DNA of 64,000 nucleotides from Chrysomallon squamiferum (GCA_012295275.1 CM022671.1:35278001-35342000), one strand, 5' to 3'. Positions 29,765 through 42,514 are shown, counted from the first letter of the stretch. The notes: generated by a model not told the origin, from the letters alone. Numbers and translations are program-made.

Positions 29765-32594
29765 GGGTCATTCCGTGTCAAATCACCCAATGGTTTAAAC
29801 CCGACCGTCTCAGATTTTTATGAAACTTGGTATACTTGTTGACTGGGATCCCACAGCACCAAATCTGAAATATTAGCCCAATCAGACCAGTGGTGTGGGA
29901 GATACGGCCCACGGAATTTTGAGATTTTTGCCAAAAATGGGTGTGACCACCAACCTTAGAACCCTCATATCTCAGGAACTACTGGGCCAATCTTCATAAA
30001 ATTGGTATTGTTAGAAAGGCAAAATGACAAGGATACCAAATCTGCCATTTTTGTTTAGTTTGGAAAATATTGGAGTACCTTGACCTTTTGACCTTTGCTA
30101 TGACCTTGAAATTGACCGTGTGGATCACGTGATCTTGAGATGACCTTTATTGAAATTTAATCTCCCACATGTTAACTAAAACATATAAAAGTTTCCTGGG
30201 TGTAATATTTTTTGTTTAGCCACAATATAGATTTAAAAAATGCACATACATGAAAATAACACATTTTCAGCCATTAACATCTGATTGACTAAAACCTGAA
30301 TGATCAATTCTGGATGCTAGGAATCACCATCTCTCTTGATCATTGAGTAAGACATTGTAGGCCTACATGTATGCATAAAGTTCACATATAAAAGTTTCCT
30401 GGGTATAATATTTTTTGTTTAGCCATAATAGAGATTTAAAAAAATGCATACCTGCATGGATGATTGATACAATGCATTACAATGTACATTTTCTCTGAGA
30501 CTAAAAACTCATCTTTGGAGTTAAAACCCACCTGACATGTCTGAAGGAATGCCTGAAGGATATGAAAAGATGCCAAATGGCATGGCATGTTCTACACAAT
30601 CAGGCTCAAAGGGTTAACAGGCAGGTCAGGAACTCCTTTAGATTCCCTGGTGCAATCCCCATTGAGCACATTGCAATTAGAAGTTTAAGACAAAGAAGTT
30701 TCTTCATCTGCATTTCTTTGACAATCTGAAGCATTTTAAGTTGGACACAATGTCAGATGTTGATATATAAACAATATTTTTATTTCATAAAACCTATTAA
30801 GTAATTTTATCATGTCATGTGGGCCTTGCCATTGGTTTTGAACAAGGTTTCAGTCAACATTAGTACAACCCAGTCTGAAATCAGACGTCATCAAGTGATG
30901 TACTGCATAATGTATTTGTATACCCAGTCTTCGGCACAGACTATGAACAAGGTCTACTTCACCTTAATAAACTGTGATTTATATTTGAGAAGATTGACAT
31001 AAATGCCCAAGACTTGTGGGCCTTTGGCAAAAACACATGTACTCTGCTGCCATTTTATGACCTGCTTAACTTTACTGAAAGGGTTTCAGGATTTGATTTA
31101 ATATTTAGGAAAGCACTGACTTTGTTCTATTGAATTGAAGGTGCAGGCCAATACCGAAAATCCTTATTTCTTCCAGGGCTAACTGCAGCTTTAACTCTCC
31201 TGAAAATGTGTGTTATCAACACCATCATATCAAAAAAGGAGTTTGTGTGAAGTGTATGGAAAACTGAGGAAATCGAACTCCTCACTCTTTGAAGTGGGAT
31301 CAAAACACTGGACATCAAGAGTATCATGAACAAGAACTTTTCATCAAATTTTCAACATTGCAGAAAAACTGTTGTGATCCCCTTAATCGCCCACCCTGCA
31401 CTAGATCTTTAAGAATTGTTAGCATGGGCACTTACAAATGCTTAGTAAATCCTCCAAAGACACTAGTGCCAGGAGACAAGTGGTGCTGTGACTGTCTGAT
31501 TACCCTTCAGAAATCAAAGGTCCTGCAGAGGATGGCTTTAGTATGGGTGGTATTACAATGGGAGAATTTGGTGATAACTTGCCAGACAAACTGCTGGTTG
31601 TTGTTTCCCCAGAAAAGGACTTTGATTTGAATTCTATTCTGTTGAGTTTAGGCGAAACTCCTGTCAAACTCCATTCACTAGCACATTCCAGTAAATGAAT
31701 GAAAGTACAGAAAAAAACTAACATCAGCTACAGTAACATTAAAATGACATCTTAATGCCTGAATCCTACCCAGAGCATGTGCAAATCTTGATTTTGTCAC
31801 CCTTTACCATTGAAAGGACAATGAATTGAAGGAGGAAATTATCCAATTTTATGAAAGTGATGAGAACAGTAGAATGTGTCTGGGAATGAAGGATACAGTG
31901 AGCATTTGAAACGAACATAGTGAGAAGGTTAAGCATCAGAAACACCTAGTTCTCTCAAATTTATGTGAATTTTATGCATACATGTAGGCTTACAATGTCT
32001 TACTTGATGATCAAGAAAGATGGTGATCCCTAGCATCCAGAATTGATCATTCAGGTTTTAGTCAATCAGATGTTAATGGCTGAAAACGTGTTATTTTCAT
32101 GTATGTGCATTTTTTAAATCTATATTGTGGCTAAACAAAAAATATTACACCCAGGAAACTTTTATATGTTTTAGTTAACATGTGGGAGATTAAATTTCAA
32201 TAAAGGTCATCTCAAGATCATGTGATCCACACGGTCAATTTCAAGGTCATAGCAAAGGTCAAAAGGTCAAGGTACTCCAATATTTTCCAAACTAAACAAA
32301 AATGGCAGATTTGGAATCCTTGTCATTTTGCCTTTCTAACAATACCAATTTTATGAAGATTGGCCCAGTAGTTCCTGAGATATGAGGGTTCTAAGGTTGG
32401 TGGTCACACCTATTTTTGGCAAAAATCTCAAAATTCCGTGGGCCGTATCTCCCACACCACTTGTCTGATTGGGCTAACATTTCAGATTTGGTGCTGTGGG
32501 ATCCCAGTCAACAAGTATACCAAGTTTTATAAAAATCTGAGACGGTCGGGTTTAAATTTCTTTTTTTTTTGGGTGATTTGACACGGAATGACCC
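29765..32594 (+). mobile_element. Non-autonomous Sola2-type DNA transposon (2830 bp)
   Basis: Termini GGGTCATTCCGTGTCAAATCACCCA...GGGTGATTTGACACGGAATGACCC; 4-bp TSD ATAA (29761-29764 and 32595-32598); long, highly similar TIRs (~29765-30388 and ~31962-32594). GRG/CYC termini, a 4-bp TSD and the internal transposase remnants fit Sola2. Confidence 0.88.
31289..31987 (+). pseudogene. Decayed N-terminal half of a Sola2-like transposase
   Basis: Fragments in shifting frames: EYHEQELFIKFSTLQKNCCDPLNR..RSLRIVS..LVPGDKWCCDC (Cys/His-rich N-terminus), LNSILLSLGETPVKL, and EIIQFYESDENSRMCLGMKDTVSI*NEHSEKVKHQKHLVLSNLCEFY (recalled Sola2 motif FY..DE.SR..PGKKD.VS...QKRL.L.NL.ELY). Stops and frameshifts present; no DDD catalytic region seen. 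Confidence 0.8.
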
Positions 32595-32691
32595 ATAATT
32601 ATTAGAGCAATGCCCTAAACACTTAACAGTTGCAATGTTGGTGGGGTGTATTAAATTTAAGTGAAAACCAATCGTGCAGAACAGTTTTCTG

Positions 32692-32895
32692 CAGGTACAA
32701 TTTCCAGGTGTAGAGTTCTGCCCGTGGACAGTAGTAATTGTTTGTGAGTCAGGTGGATTAGGTTACCTGTTCATTGTTATCCCACTACACCTGGCTGATT
32801 TGATGTGATTTCTCACCTGTAATCAGCCTTGTAATTTATCCAGGTATTAATGTTGGATTAATATTTGTAATTGAAAATACTGGTATGAATACCTG
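32692..32895. promoter_or_regulatory. Homotypic cluster of 8 CAGGTR/YACCTG sites
   Basis: Sites at 32692, 32705, 32750, 32764, 32788, 32814, 32841 and 32890 in non-repetitive sequence. Confidence 0.5.
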
Positions 32896-32971
32896 AATAT
32901 TATTGTTAATCTAGATTTGTAATTCAAAATGTTTTTTTTTTATTTATTTATATTTTTGTGTATGAGTTTGT

Positions 32972-33007
<36 letters not shown>

Positions 33008-33072
33008 ATATGAGTGTGTGTGTGTGTGTGCATGTGTGTGTGTTTATATGAGTGTGTGTGTGTGTGTGTGTT

Positions 33073-33114
<42 letters not shown>

Positions 33115-33344
33115 TATTCTCAGTACTATTCATTTTATTTTATTTATTTGCTTATAATTAAGACATTATTTCTTTTATTTCCACATTTTTGGCCTGTCTG
33201 TCTGTCTGTCTGTTATCCATCTATTACTGTTTAAACCTAATGCTGTTTATAAAATCAAAATACCAGTCCTTTCTCATTTAAATAACAAATGACTAAGACA
33301 AAATCCTTTATAGCCTGAGTCACAATGAATTTTTTATGAATGAC

Positions 33345-33600
33345 TGAATGAATGGTTTATGTTAATGACATACCAGCACTCAGAATAAAATGGGTATCAA
33401 TAACATGTCACATTTAGACATGGTGAGGCCACAGGATGTACAAAACTGTAAAAAAAATAAACCTATGAGCTCAGTCTGCGTTTTCTTTATAATGAAAGAG
33501 CACTGTCTGGAATGGGAAATTAGCAAAAAAAGTTTTATTAAGTGGATTGATTCTGTAGCTCTTTATATCTCAGGCTTATCATTCAGCTACTATGTAATTA
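33345..33600 (-). mobile_element. Decayed tRNA-SINE-like interspersed repeat
   Basis: GAGCACTGTCTGGAATGGGAAAT...GGATTGATTCTGTAG...CTCAGGC, shared with copies near 54617-54805, 57510-57610 and 59055-59320. The reverse complement of the GATTGATCC motif is B-box-like. Family identity is inferred. Confidence 0.5.
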
Positions 33601-34810
33601 TTAATACTAAGTAGATTTAAACAGAGTTAATATAATCACATGATAAATGTGATATATTAATGTGTCCAGTATTTATTTTGATATATAAATATGTGCAAGG
33701 ATTAACATGGTCAGAATTTTATTTCATATTAATTCTGATTTCTAAAGTGATACAATAATGATATTAAATAAAGACAAATGGTGAATCTAATGTTACTTTT
33801 AATAAATAAAATAATATTATATTAATTTTAAATTATCTACTCTTGATATATGAAACTTCACAAATTTATTGTTATTTTTTAATTTTAAATTTTCTTTAAT
33901 AAAAGTATACATTACCAGAAGTAAACCATGGTGAAAAAGATGAAATAAAGTTGATAAATAACAGTAATTTTGATATATGTAGATTATCAGAACATTTTAG
34001 TTTGTAATATACACTGTTCTTCAACAAAATTTATCATTAATTTTATCCATTTATATATAAATACATATAATTTTGTATATTATTAATAAAAAATTTATTG
34101 AGAAAAAAAAACAACAATATTTATATTACCAGCCACAATATATTGATAATTTATACAAATTAACTCAACATGTGTTATATAAAGAACTTTATTTGATACA
34201 TGCAATACTTACTTTAACACACCCCAAAGTGTAAATTACAACTTTCTCTAAGATTTCCTCATTCTGATCTGGAATGTATGGGATGTGTGTGACCCAGCCA
34301 GGGAGAGTTTAGACCAGGTGAAATACTGCAGTCATCAAAACAAGCAGCTGTTGCAGTGAGTAACTGTCAGACGTTTCATATCGATTTGCACCGACCCACT
34401 TCGAGTTTTTCATATACAGTATTCTCCGCATTGTTTTACCTGTCTGCTTCAGTCACACGTGGAATATGCTTGTTATACATCGTATGTGCTGATAACAAGG
34501 AGAGACTTTTTATTTTTTAATAAGTGTACGAAAAGGTGACTCACCTGTGAAACTAGTGAATTTAAAATGTGAACAGACTTAAACAGACCACCTGAACATT
34601 CCTACCTGTGTGATGTTAGTGGAGCTTTCCAATGATAGGTGTGATTATTTACCTTGACAAACGACACTTACCTGTGTGTTTCTCACCTGTCTGTGGTGCA
34701 TCCCAAATTAGTCGTTACTAGCTCAGACTTTTCAGCTAACCACACATACGTCTTTGAGCTCCTGTGAAGTGGTCGGTAGAGGCAGCCAGTTTTTTTATGT
34801 TGTCTTTGAA

Positions 34811-34960
34811 ATGTTGTTGTCACCATGTCGTCCTGACAAGGAGGCCAACAGTGATGATGAGTTGCCAGACTACAAAGAAGATGCGCTGGACATGAGGATG
34901 CCAACATTTCACTTAGCTGAAACTCGGTCGTCTTTCGTACCAGTTCATTTCATTCCATGG
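34811..34960 (+). CDS. Candidate alternative first coding exon (50 aa), weak donor
   Basis: Protein-like ORF MLLSPCRPDKEANSDDELPDYKEDALDMRMPTFHLAETRSSFVPVHFIPW at the end of a CpG-retaining island. Possible phase-0 donor TGG|GTGTGT; otherwise the ORF stops at 34984. Confidence 0.35.
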
Positions 34961-35458
34961 GTGTGTTCTTTACAGGCACCGTAAATCTTGTTTTGTTGTT
35001 TTCAGTGTATTTTTAATCTGTTTCTTAAAACTGTTATTTAAATATTTTAAATATTGTTCTCTGTGAAGTGTTGTAAATAATTTAAATTGTATAAGCTGAA
35101 TACTGACTTCTGTTGAGAATCAATATAATGTTATTAAGTTTGTCACATTGTGTAATTTAGTGTGTATTACATTGTGTTGTTCAGTTATTAAACTGTATTA
35201 CAGTGTTTCAAGTCGTGTGACGTTTTCTTCAAGTGAACGTTCTAACATGTTATAATTTGTTACACGTCTGTGTTCGCAATGGATAAACACAGAAGTCAGA
35301 CCTGTTGACCGAACCAACTGTTGTTCACTCTGGTGATCATGATATTTGGATTAAATTTTTCACTGGTTCTGTTCAAGTATGGAATGTTATAATTGATTTT
35401 CACTTTCTAAAAGTGGGACACGCCCTCCTCAGTGTGATCGACTGTTACACCAGGAGCT

Positions 35459-35536
35459 ATGAATGGAATTCGTCCAGAACTGTATGCCATGAGACCAGGG
35501 GGGTTTACTGATGAGGACCTCTATGAGATCTGGGAG
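35459..35536 (+). CDS. Candidate alternative first coding exon (26 aa)
   Basis: ATG 35459 after in-frame TGA (35435); MNGIRPELYAMRPGGFTDEDLYEIWE; donor GAG|GTTTGT, phase 0; locally GC-rich. Confidence 0.5.
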
Positions 35537-37166
35537 GTTTGTTTGTGCACCCCTCTCTCACCTGGTGGTTTGGATACAGTGTTTTGCATTCATTTTTGTT
35601 TTCCAGCTTGATTTTTTGTTATTATTATTTTTAATATATATATATATTCAGTTGGATTTGGCTTTATTGTTGTTTTGATATTTTGGGTTAAAACATTTTG
35701 CTATTTCTTATTTTGTCCTTTGTTTGGCAAACATTTTAGCTTTTTATTACTTTGTTTTGTTCTGTTTATTATTCACATTGTCATCAGTATCATCATCGTT
35801 ATTCTTCTTCTTCTTATTATTATTATTTTAAATTGTTAGCATTTTTGTGAGTGAGCTGGTGTGTGTGTGTTTTATTTCTTTCCAGTTACTAAAATAATTA
35901 TAGTTACAATGGCAATAGGAATCTTAATGCATATTCAAATTTGTAATTTAATTATTTTATTGTTTTTATGTATAAAAAAACATTATCTAGAATTTTGTTC
36001 AATTGATAAAATTGAATTAATTAATCTTAATTTAAAAATAAATTATTTTTTTCTGAATAATTAAATCAATGCTTTGAAGAATTAAAACTATTTAATCTGC
36101 CCCTCTCCCAATATGCACACTGAATTTTAAAATTCTAAACTGGAGAGTATATTTTGTTTTAAAGAAAAACCCTGCATGTAGCATTTTAACACACAAATGT
36201 GTCAGGAAATGAAGTTTTAATCTTAGGATTAAAGTTGTTTTGAAACCAGATTATGGTTAAAAATGTCTTGTTAAATGCGGTTCTGGTTATGCATATCACA
36301 TCTCACATACTTTAATACATGTCATGATGATACCTCATATATTCTACCTCTGTGTGCTTGTAAACAGTGATATGTTTATATTTGACACAACTGTCACAAT
36401 AAGCTGTGCTATTTTGAAATGTTGCATTTGCATACATATACATACAGCACAAACATGCATTTACCTAAAATTGAAAACAGAAAAATATTTAATAATTTTT
36501 AGAACATTTTTTTAAAAGAATAGTTATCTTTATTATAATTATAATTATAATTATAATTATTATCAATGATCATCATCATTTTCAGCATCATTTTTAATAT
36601 TAATATTTACTGTTACTACTATTTTTCAGTTTTCATTTATGTTTTCTTATTTTTGTCACTGTTAATTATTTATTATTGTTGCTGTTGTTATCATAATAAA
36701 AGACTTTCTATTTATATAAACAACATACATGAATGCATGATACTGAAACACAAAAACAAAAGCAGACAAGACAAATGTCATTAAACTATTTCTGCTTTGT
36801 TTGCCTGACATACCTAAAAGACACTGCACTCTGACATGTGACTTCACCCACAACATAAACCCATCACCTGTGAAATGTGAGTCAAATACCTGTACTCATT
36901 CATAACTCACTCACTCACTCACACAGTGCTTACCGAATAATTTTCATGGATCACACTCACATCCACATGAATGTGACTCTATATTTATTTTTAGTATTTA
37001 AAGTTTATTTTTAAATGTTCTTGTATTTAAATTTTGTTTTAATTAAGAATGAAACTTTAAAACCAGTATTTATTTCACTTTGAATTTTACCTAAATATTC
37101 AAATCTGAAACCACACTAATTCTGATTTTAAACTTCAATATTAAAATTACGTTTCTTCTTTGTAAC

Positions 37167-37236
<70 letters not shown>

Positions 37237-38046
37237 CATCATCATCATCATCATCATCATCATTGTTATTATTATTGTTATTTTTATTTATTTATTTATT
37301 TTTTTATCCCAATAGTTTTTGATACTTTCTGGTGAAGTTTTGAAATCCTTATTTCATGAAAAATTTATTTTTGTTTAATATTAATTTTACTATTAATATA
37401 ATTTTCAGATGTTTGATTGTTTCACAACACATAAATTACCTGTTTGTTTGTTTTTCCTATTTCTTCTCTTTTTCTTCTTTTTTTTTTTTTTTTTTTACTT
37501 TCTCCTTTCACCAATGATTACTTACGTAGCTGTCATTATTTATTTAACTGACTGTAAATTTACATTCTCATAGTGACATAAAATACATAAAAACACATTC
37601 ACTAAGAAAAAAGTATAAATAATTCTTATTTTTGTTGTTCTTATTATTGTTATTATTATTATCATCATCATCATCATCATCATCATTGCTATTGTTGTTG
37701 TTATTGTTTTTTTATTTATTATTATTGTTGTAATTTATTTATTTGTTGTTGAAAATCCTCCCTGTTTACTGTTAATTGAAGAAGAAATGAGAAACTCGTA
37801 TCAGTCCAGTGAGAATGAATTAACCTAAATATGTTACTGACAGAAATAATTGATTTACTTTGATAATTTATGAACATGTACTAGTTATTCCCCATTCTAG
37901 TCACAGGCAGACAATGTTTGTATTTTATATTTTATAGACAAACTGTGACTTGTGTACACTTTTAAACATTATGTAAATAACAGAAAGGTAAAATGCATAA
38001 AACAACAACAACAACAACAAGAATAATAATAATACAGCAACAGTAT

Positions 38047-38082
<36 letters not shown>

Positions 38083-39220
38083 AAATTTCTAAAGTTGATA
38101 CAGAATTTGTACTTAATCAGAACAGTTCAAACACAATTAATAATACATTGTAATAAACAATATTTATCTTTAATTAAACTGATCTAAAATTACTTTGATT
38201 AAATTTATTTTGACTTAATACTCTTGAAAATAAAACCTCAAAACAAAACAGTTATTTCAAAAAAGTGTAATAATTTGTATCACTTATTGTTTATTTTCTT
38301 TATAACACTGTGCTTTGTTTGCTTTTCATTACTGTTGTCATGTTTGTTTGTTTCTTTTCAAATCCAAATGAAATACATAAATTTACCATTAAACAAAACA
38401 AAGTGTATAATTAAAATATTTTGCTGAATGAAATGTGATACATTTATTTCATTTAAGTATTAAAAAAAAAAAATATTGGCATTTTCTATTAATATTTTTA
38501 TACTATTGAACTTTGAGAATAAAATTAAAAAAAAAAATTAAAATAAATAAAAACAAAAATTAAAATAAAATAAATATTTTGTTCTGTTACTTGTAATATT
38601 TATTTACTTACTTACTTACTTACTTACTTATTTATTTATTTATTTTATTATTACTAAATTTACTGATGGAATGATTGGAGTGTTTTAGGGACAATGTAAG
38701 CTTTGATGATGTTAATTAAACATTTTAAAAAATAATAATAAATAAAACAAGTAATAACAAAAAAAATGAAATATGTACACTCATTTTATGTTATTTAAAA
38801 CAAACTATTTCTTATTATAAATTATACCTCAAATATTTGTTGTGAGTTATTTTTTTATTTCAGTTCAATGGTAATAGAAATTTTGCAATGTTTTATTTTG
38901 ATATGATACTATCAATTTGTTTAACAAAGTTTTGAAACAAAAACTTTTTTTTTTTTTTTTTTTAACAAACGGCAAAAGAAATAAATGTACTATAATGTTT
39001 ATTTTCTTTTCTTCTTTTTAATTATTATTTGTTTATATGTATTCACTAATATTTTATTATTACCATAAAGTTTTTTTTTAATAGTTTTTGTATAAACTTT
39101 TATTTTTTTTATTTATTCATAAAAATGCATTCACGATTTGTGTCAAACTAAAAAAAAAAAAATAATAGTAATAATAAAATGCAGAATATTTGAGTGTAAA
39201 ATGATATTGTGTAATTTCAG

Positions 39221-39340
39221 ACGAAACAAGAAGAGAGAGAGAAAGAAAGACAACTGCAGAAGAAGATAACAGAGTACCAGACACAGATACAGCGACTGGA
39301 GCGAAGAATCAATTTACTCAGAACTGAAAATGAGTCTTTG
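39221..39340 (+). CDS. RIMBP2: RIMBP coiled-coil exon (40 aa)
   Basis: Acceptor TTTCAG|, donor TTG|GTGAGT, 120 nt, phase 0/0: TKQEEREKERQLQKKITEYQTQIQRLERRINLLRTENESL. Confidence 0.9.
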
Positions 39341-40294
39341 GTGAGTTTCACCTGTCAGAAAATATCAAAATTGTTTACTTTAATAATTTTCAGTTGTCAA
39401 GTGTTAAGTGTAAATTATCTTCAACTGGTTACATTTTGAAATTTCTAGTTGTTTCAAATTGTTTAATTTAAAGAATTTTTTCTTATTTAAATTTTAGAAT
39501 TTATTTATTTATTTATTGTGAACTGAAAATTAATTTATGATAATATATTATAATTAGAAGAAAGATTTAATATTACTGTCAAAACAAATTACCTGTTTAA
39601 TTCTGCTACTTTCTTTAAGTTTACTGTGAAAAAAAACATATTTTTTGTTTATTATTTTTAAAGACTGAATATTAAATACCAGTTATAAAAAAAATTTTTT
39701 TTTTTTATCATACACTGTTTATAAAATTAAGTTTTTGTAAATTTATAAATCTGTTAAATTTAATTTATAAAATATCTAAAATTTCATCATAGATATTAAT
39801 TTATTCTGTTAAAATTTGTAAACTTCATTAATTTTATATTGAAATGAAAACTAATTTTTTGTATTTCTATTAGTTTATAGTATTTCAGTTTTTGCATATC
39901 TCAATGTTATTTTATACAAAATGTTTATTATAACACTTATTCAATTTTACATATTATGAAACTTTCAAGCCAGTAATTTACTGTTTTAAGTAAGTCACAT
40001 TTTACAGAAAATGTTTAACATTCTTATAGTTCAATTTTTGATGATTATTATTATTATTATGATAATTATTCTTTTAAATCAGTCATTATGTATATCTTTC
40101 TCAATATTGTATATAATTATATACCTATATGTCTATACATAATAGATGAATGAGTGTGAAACTATTTGACTGTGTGTGTGTGTGTGTGTGTATATGTATC
40201 TGTTTTTGTATTTGAGTTAACTTTCTCCATTGTCAGCTATTACTGAGTATTACTGTATTGTCTATGTTTTTGAGTTAAATTTTAACTACCATCA

Positions 40295-40757
40295 ACTCAG
40301 TTATTGAAGTCTGAGTTTTTGAGTTAACTCACATCAACTCACAGTTATTGAAGTCTGTGTTTTTGAGTTAACTTTAACAGTTATTGAAGTCTGTGTTTTT
40401 GAGTTAACTCACATCAACTCACAGTTATTGAAGTCTGTGTTTTTGAGTTAACTTTTAACAGTTATTGAAGTCTGTGTTTTTGAGTTAACTTTTAACAGTT
40501 ATTGAAGTCTGTGTTTTTGAGTTAACTTTTAACAGTTATTGAAGTCTTGTGTTTTTGAGTTAACTTTTAACAGTTATTGAAGTCTGTGTTTTTGAGTTAA
40601 CTCACATCAACTCACAGTTATTGAAGTCTGTGTTTTTGAGTTAACTTTAACAGTTATTGAAGTCTGTGTTTTTGAGTTAACTCACATCAACTCACAGTTA
40701 TTGAAGTCTGTGTTTTTGAGTTAACTTTTAACAGTTATTGAAGTCTGTGTTTTTTTC
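40295..40757 (+). repeat. Two-variant (36-38/44 bp) minisatellite abutting the 40762 acceptor
   Basis: 12 copies of the core CAGTTATTGAAGTCTGTGTTTTT(GAGTTAACT) with linkers CACATCAACTCA or TT(T)AA. Spacings are 44,36,44,37,37,37,38,44,36,44,37. Confidence 0.95.
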
Positions 40758-40761
40758 TCAG

Positions 40762-40893
40762 CGACGACAGAAAGATGATCAGAAGCCGCTGGAAGAGAAG
40801 ATAAAATCTCTGAAGAAGAGAAATGCGGAACTGGCAGCCATTGCCAGGCGACTGGAAGAAAAAACCAAATCTTTACAGCAAGAAAACTTGAAG
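40762..40893 (+). CDS. RIMBP2: RIMBP coiled-coil exon (44 aa)
   Basis: Acceptor TTTTTTCTCAG|, donor AAG|GTGACA, 132 nt: RRQKDDQKPLEEKIKSLKKRNAELAAIARRLEEKTKSLQQENLK. Matches the recalled RIMBP-family motif KRNAELAVIAKRLEERARKLQETNL. Confidence 0.92.
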
Positions 40894-41053
40894 GTGACAT
40901 TTTTAACATTTTAATTAAAGTAACTCAAAGAAATATCTCAAATGTTTCCAAAAGCAAAAAAAAGTTTATAACTATTTTAAATTAGTTTTGCATTTGACAT
41001 AAAAAAAAAAAAAAAAAAAAAAATACCCCATGGAAAAAAATTAATAAAATAGA

Positions 41054-41327
<274 letters not shown>

Positions 41328-42060
41328 GTAAAATGAAGTAGGAAACAACATCACACTAAATACATACTAGTAATATTATGTATCAATACAGAATATTATA
41401 TTATATAGGTGAAAGTATTTTTTGCATAAATGAAGTACTTAAACGTACGATAAGAAATAATCTATAATTTATCATTTGGCAATAACAAATGAAGGAAAAC
41501 AATTTAAAATTTGACTGATTATTTGAGGTGCAGTTGTGTCTGGTGAAGATCCACTCCTAACATGAATCAATACATTACTGGTATTTCCTTACAGTAAAAA
41601 GTGTTTATCAAATTTGTTTTTTTAAATCCTTAGATTGAAATACAATAAAAATCAATATTGAATGTACTGAGGTGCTTTTAAATAAATATTCTGTTTGATT
41701 GTATTTATTTATATGTTTTTCTTTATTTTTTAATTAATTAATTTATTTATTTATTTTCTTATTTATTTATTTACTATATTTTGGTTGTGTATTTGTTTAT
41801 CTAAGTATTTAGTTATTATTTTTTTTAATTTTCTTTATTTATTATTTTGTTTGTTTAATAATTTATTTATTTGTCCATTTATTCATTTATTTGTTTGTAT
41901 ATATATTTTTTTTTCTTTTGTTTTATTTTTTTTTTTTATTTTTTTTTTAAATATTAATATATATTTTAAAACTGAGAATCACTGAATAATAATAGCTAGT
42001 AGAACATTGTTACAAAATGTTGTACAAATTAATCTTAAAATGAAACATTGTGTAACACAG

Positions 42061-42246
42061 AGGAACAAGGAAGATGGAGGTCAGGAATCAGAACACCTCA
42101 AGAGACTGTTTGCTCGACAGAGAGCCAAAGATTTGGCAGAACATGCCAAAAACATGCTGGCCAAAGATCGGGAAATTGAAGATCTTCGTAAAAAGTGCCA
42201 GGAACTGGCCAGTCAACTTAGCAATGGAGAATTCTATGCCCCAGAG
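42061..42246 (+). CDS. RIMBP2: RIMBP coiled-coil exon (62 aa)
   Basis: Acceptor ACACAG|, donor GAG|GTAAAT, 186 nt: RNKEDGGQESEHLKRLFARQRAKDLAEHAKNMLAKDREIEDLRKKCQELASQLSNGEFYAPE. Matches the recalled RIMBP3 motif ARQRARDLSETASALLAKDKQIAALQRECREL. Confidence 0.92.
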
Positions 42247-42381
42247 GTAAATCTTTTAAATTTGAAATCTTTTTGTAATGTATATTGTTAGTTTTATATT
42301 CATTAAGGAGATAGCATGTCTGAATTGTGAATATTTTTTTATTTATTGTTGTTGTTATTGTTATTGTTATTGTTATTAAAC

Positions 42382-42382
<1 letters not shown>

Positions 42383-42418
<36 letters not shown>

Positions 42419-42466
42419 CATTAAAATTACTTTTATAATTGTTATTGTTACGATTACAACTGCTAC

Positions 42467-42514
<48 letters not shown>

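Noticed and set aside
29761-32598. Classification as piggyBac, Sola3, hAT or Tc1/mariner
   Set aside because: TSD is 4-bp ATAA (not TTAA, TA or 8 bp), termini are GGG/CCC, and the transposase remnants look Sola2-like.
40295-40757. CRISPR-like look (constant core plus variable linker)
   Set aside because: Linkers are only two short recurring variants, not unique spacers; eukaryotic intron with no cas genes.
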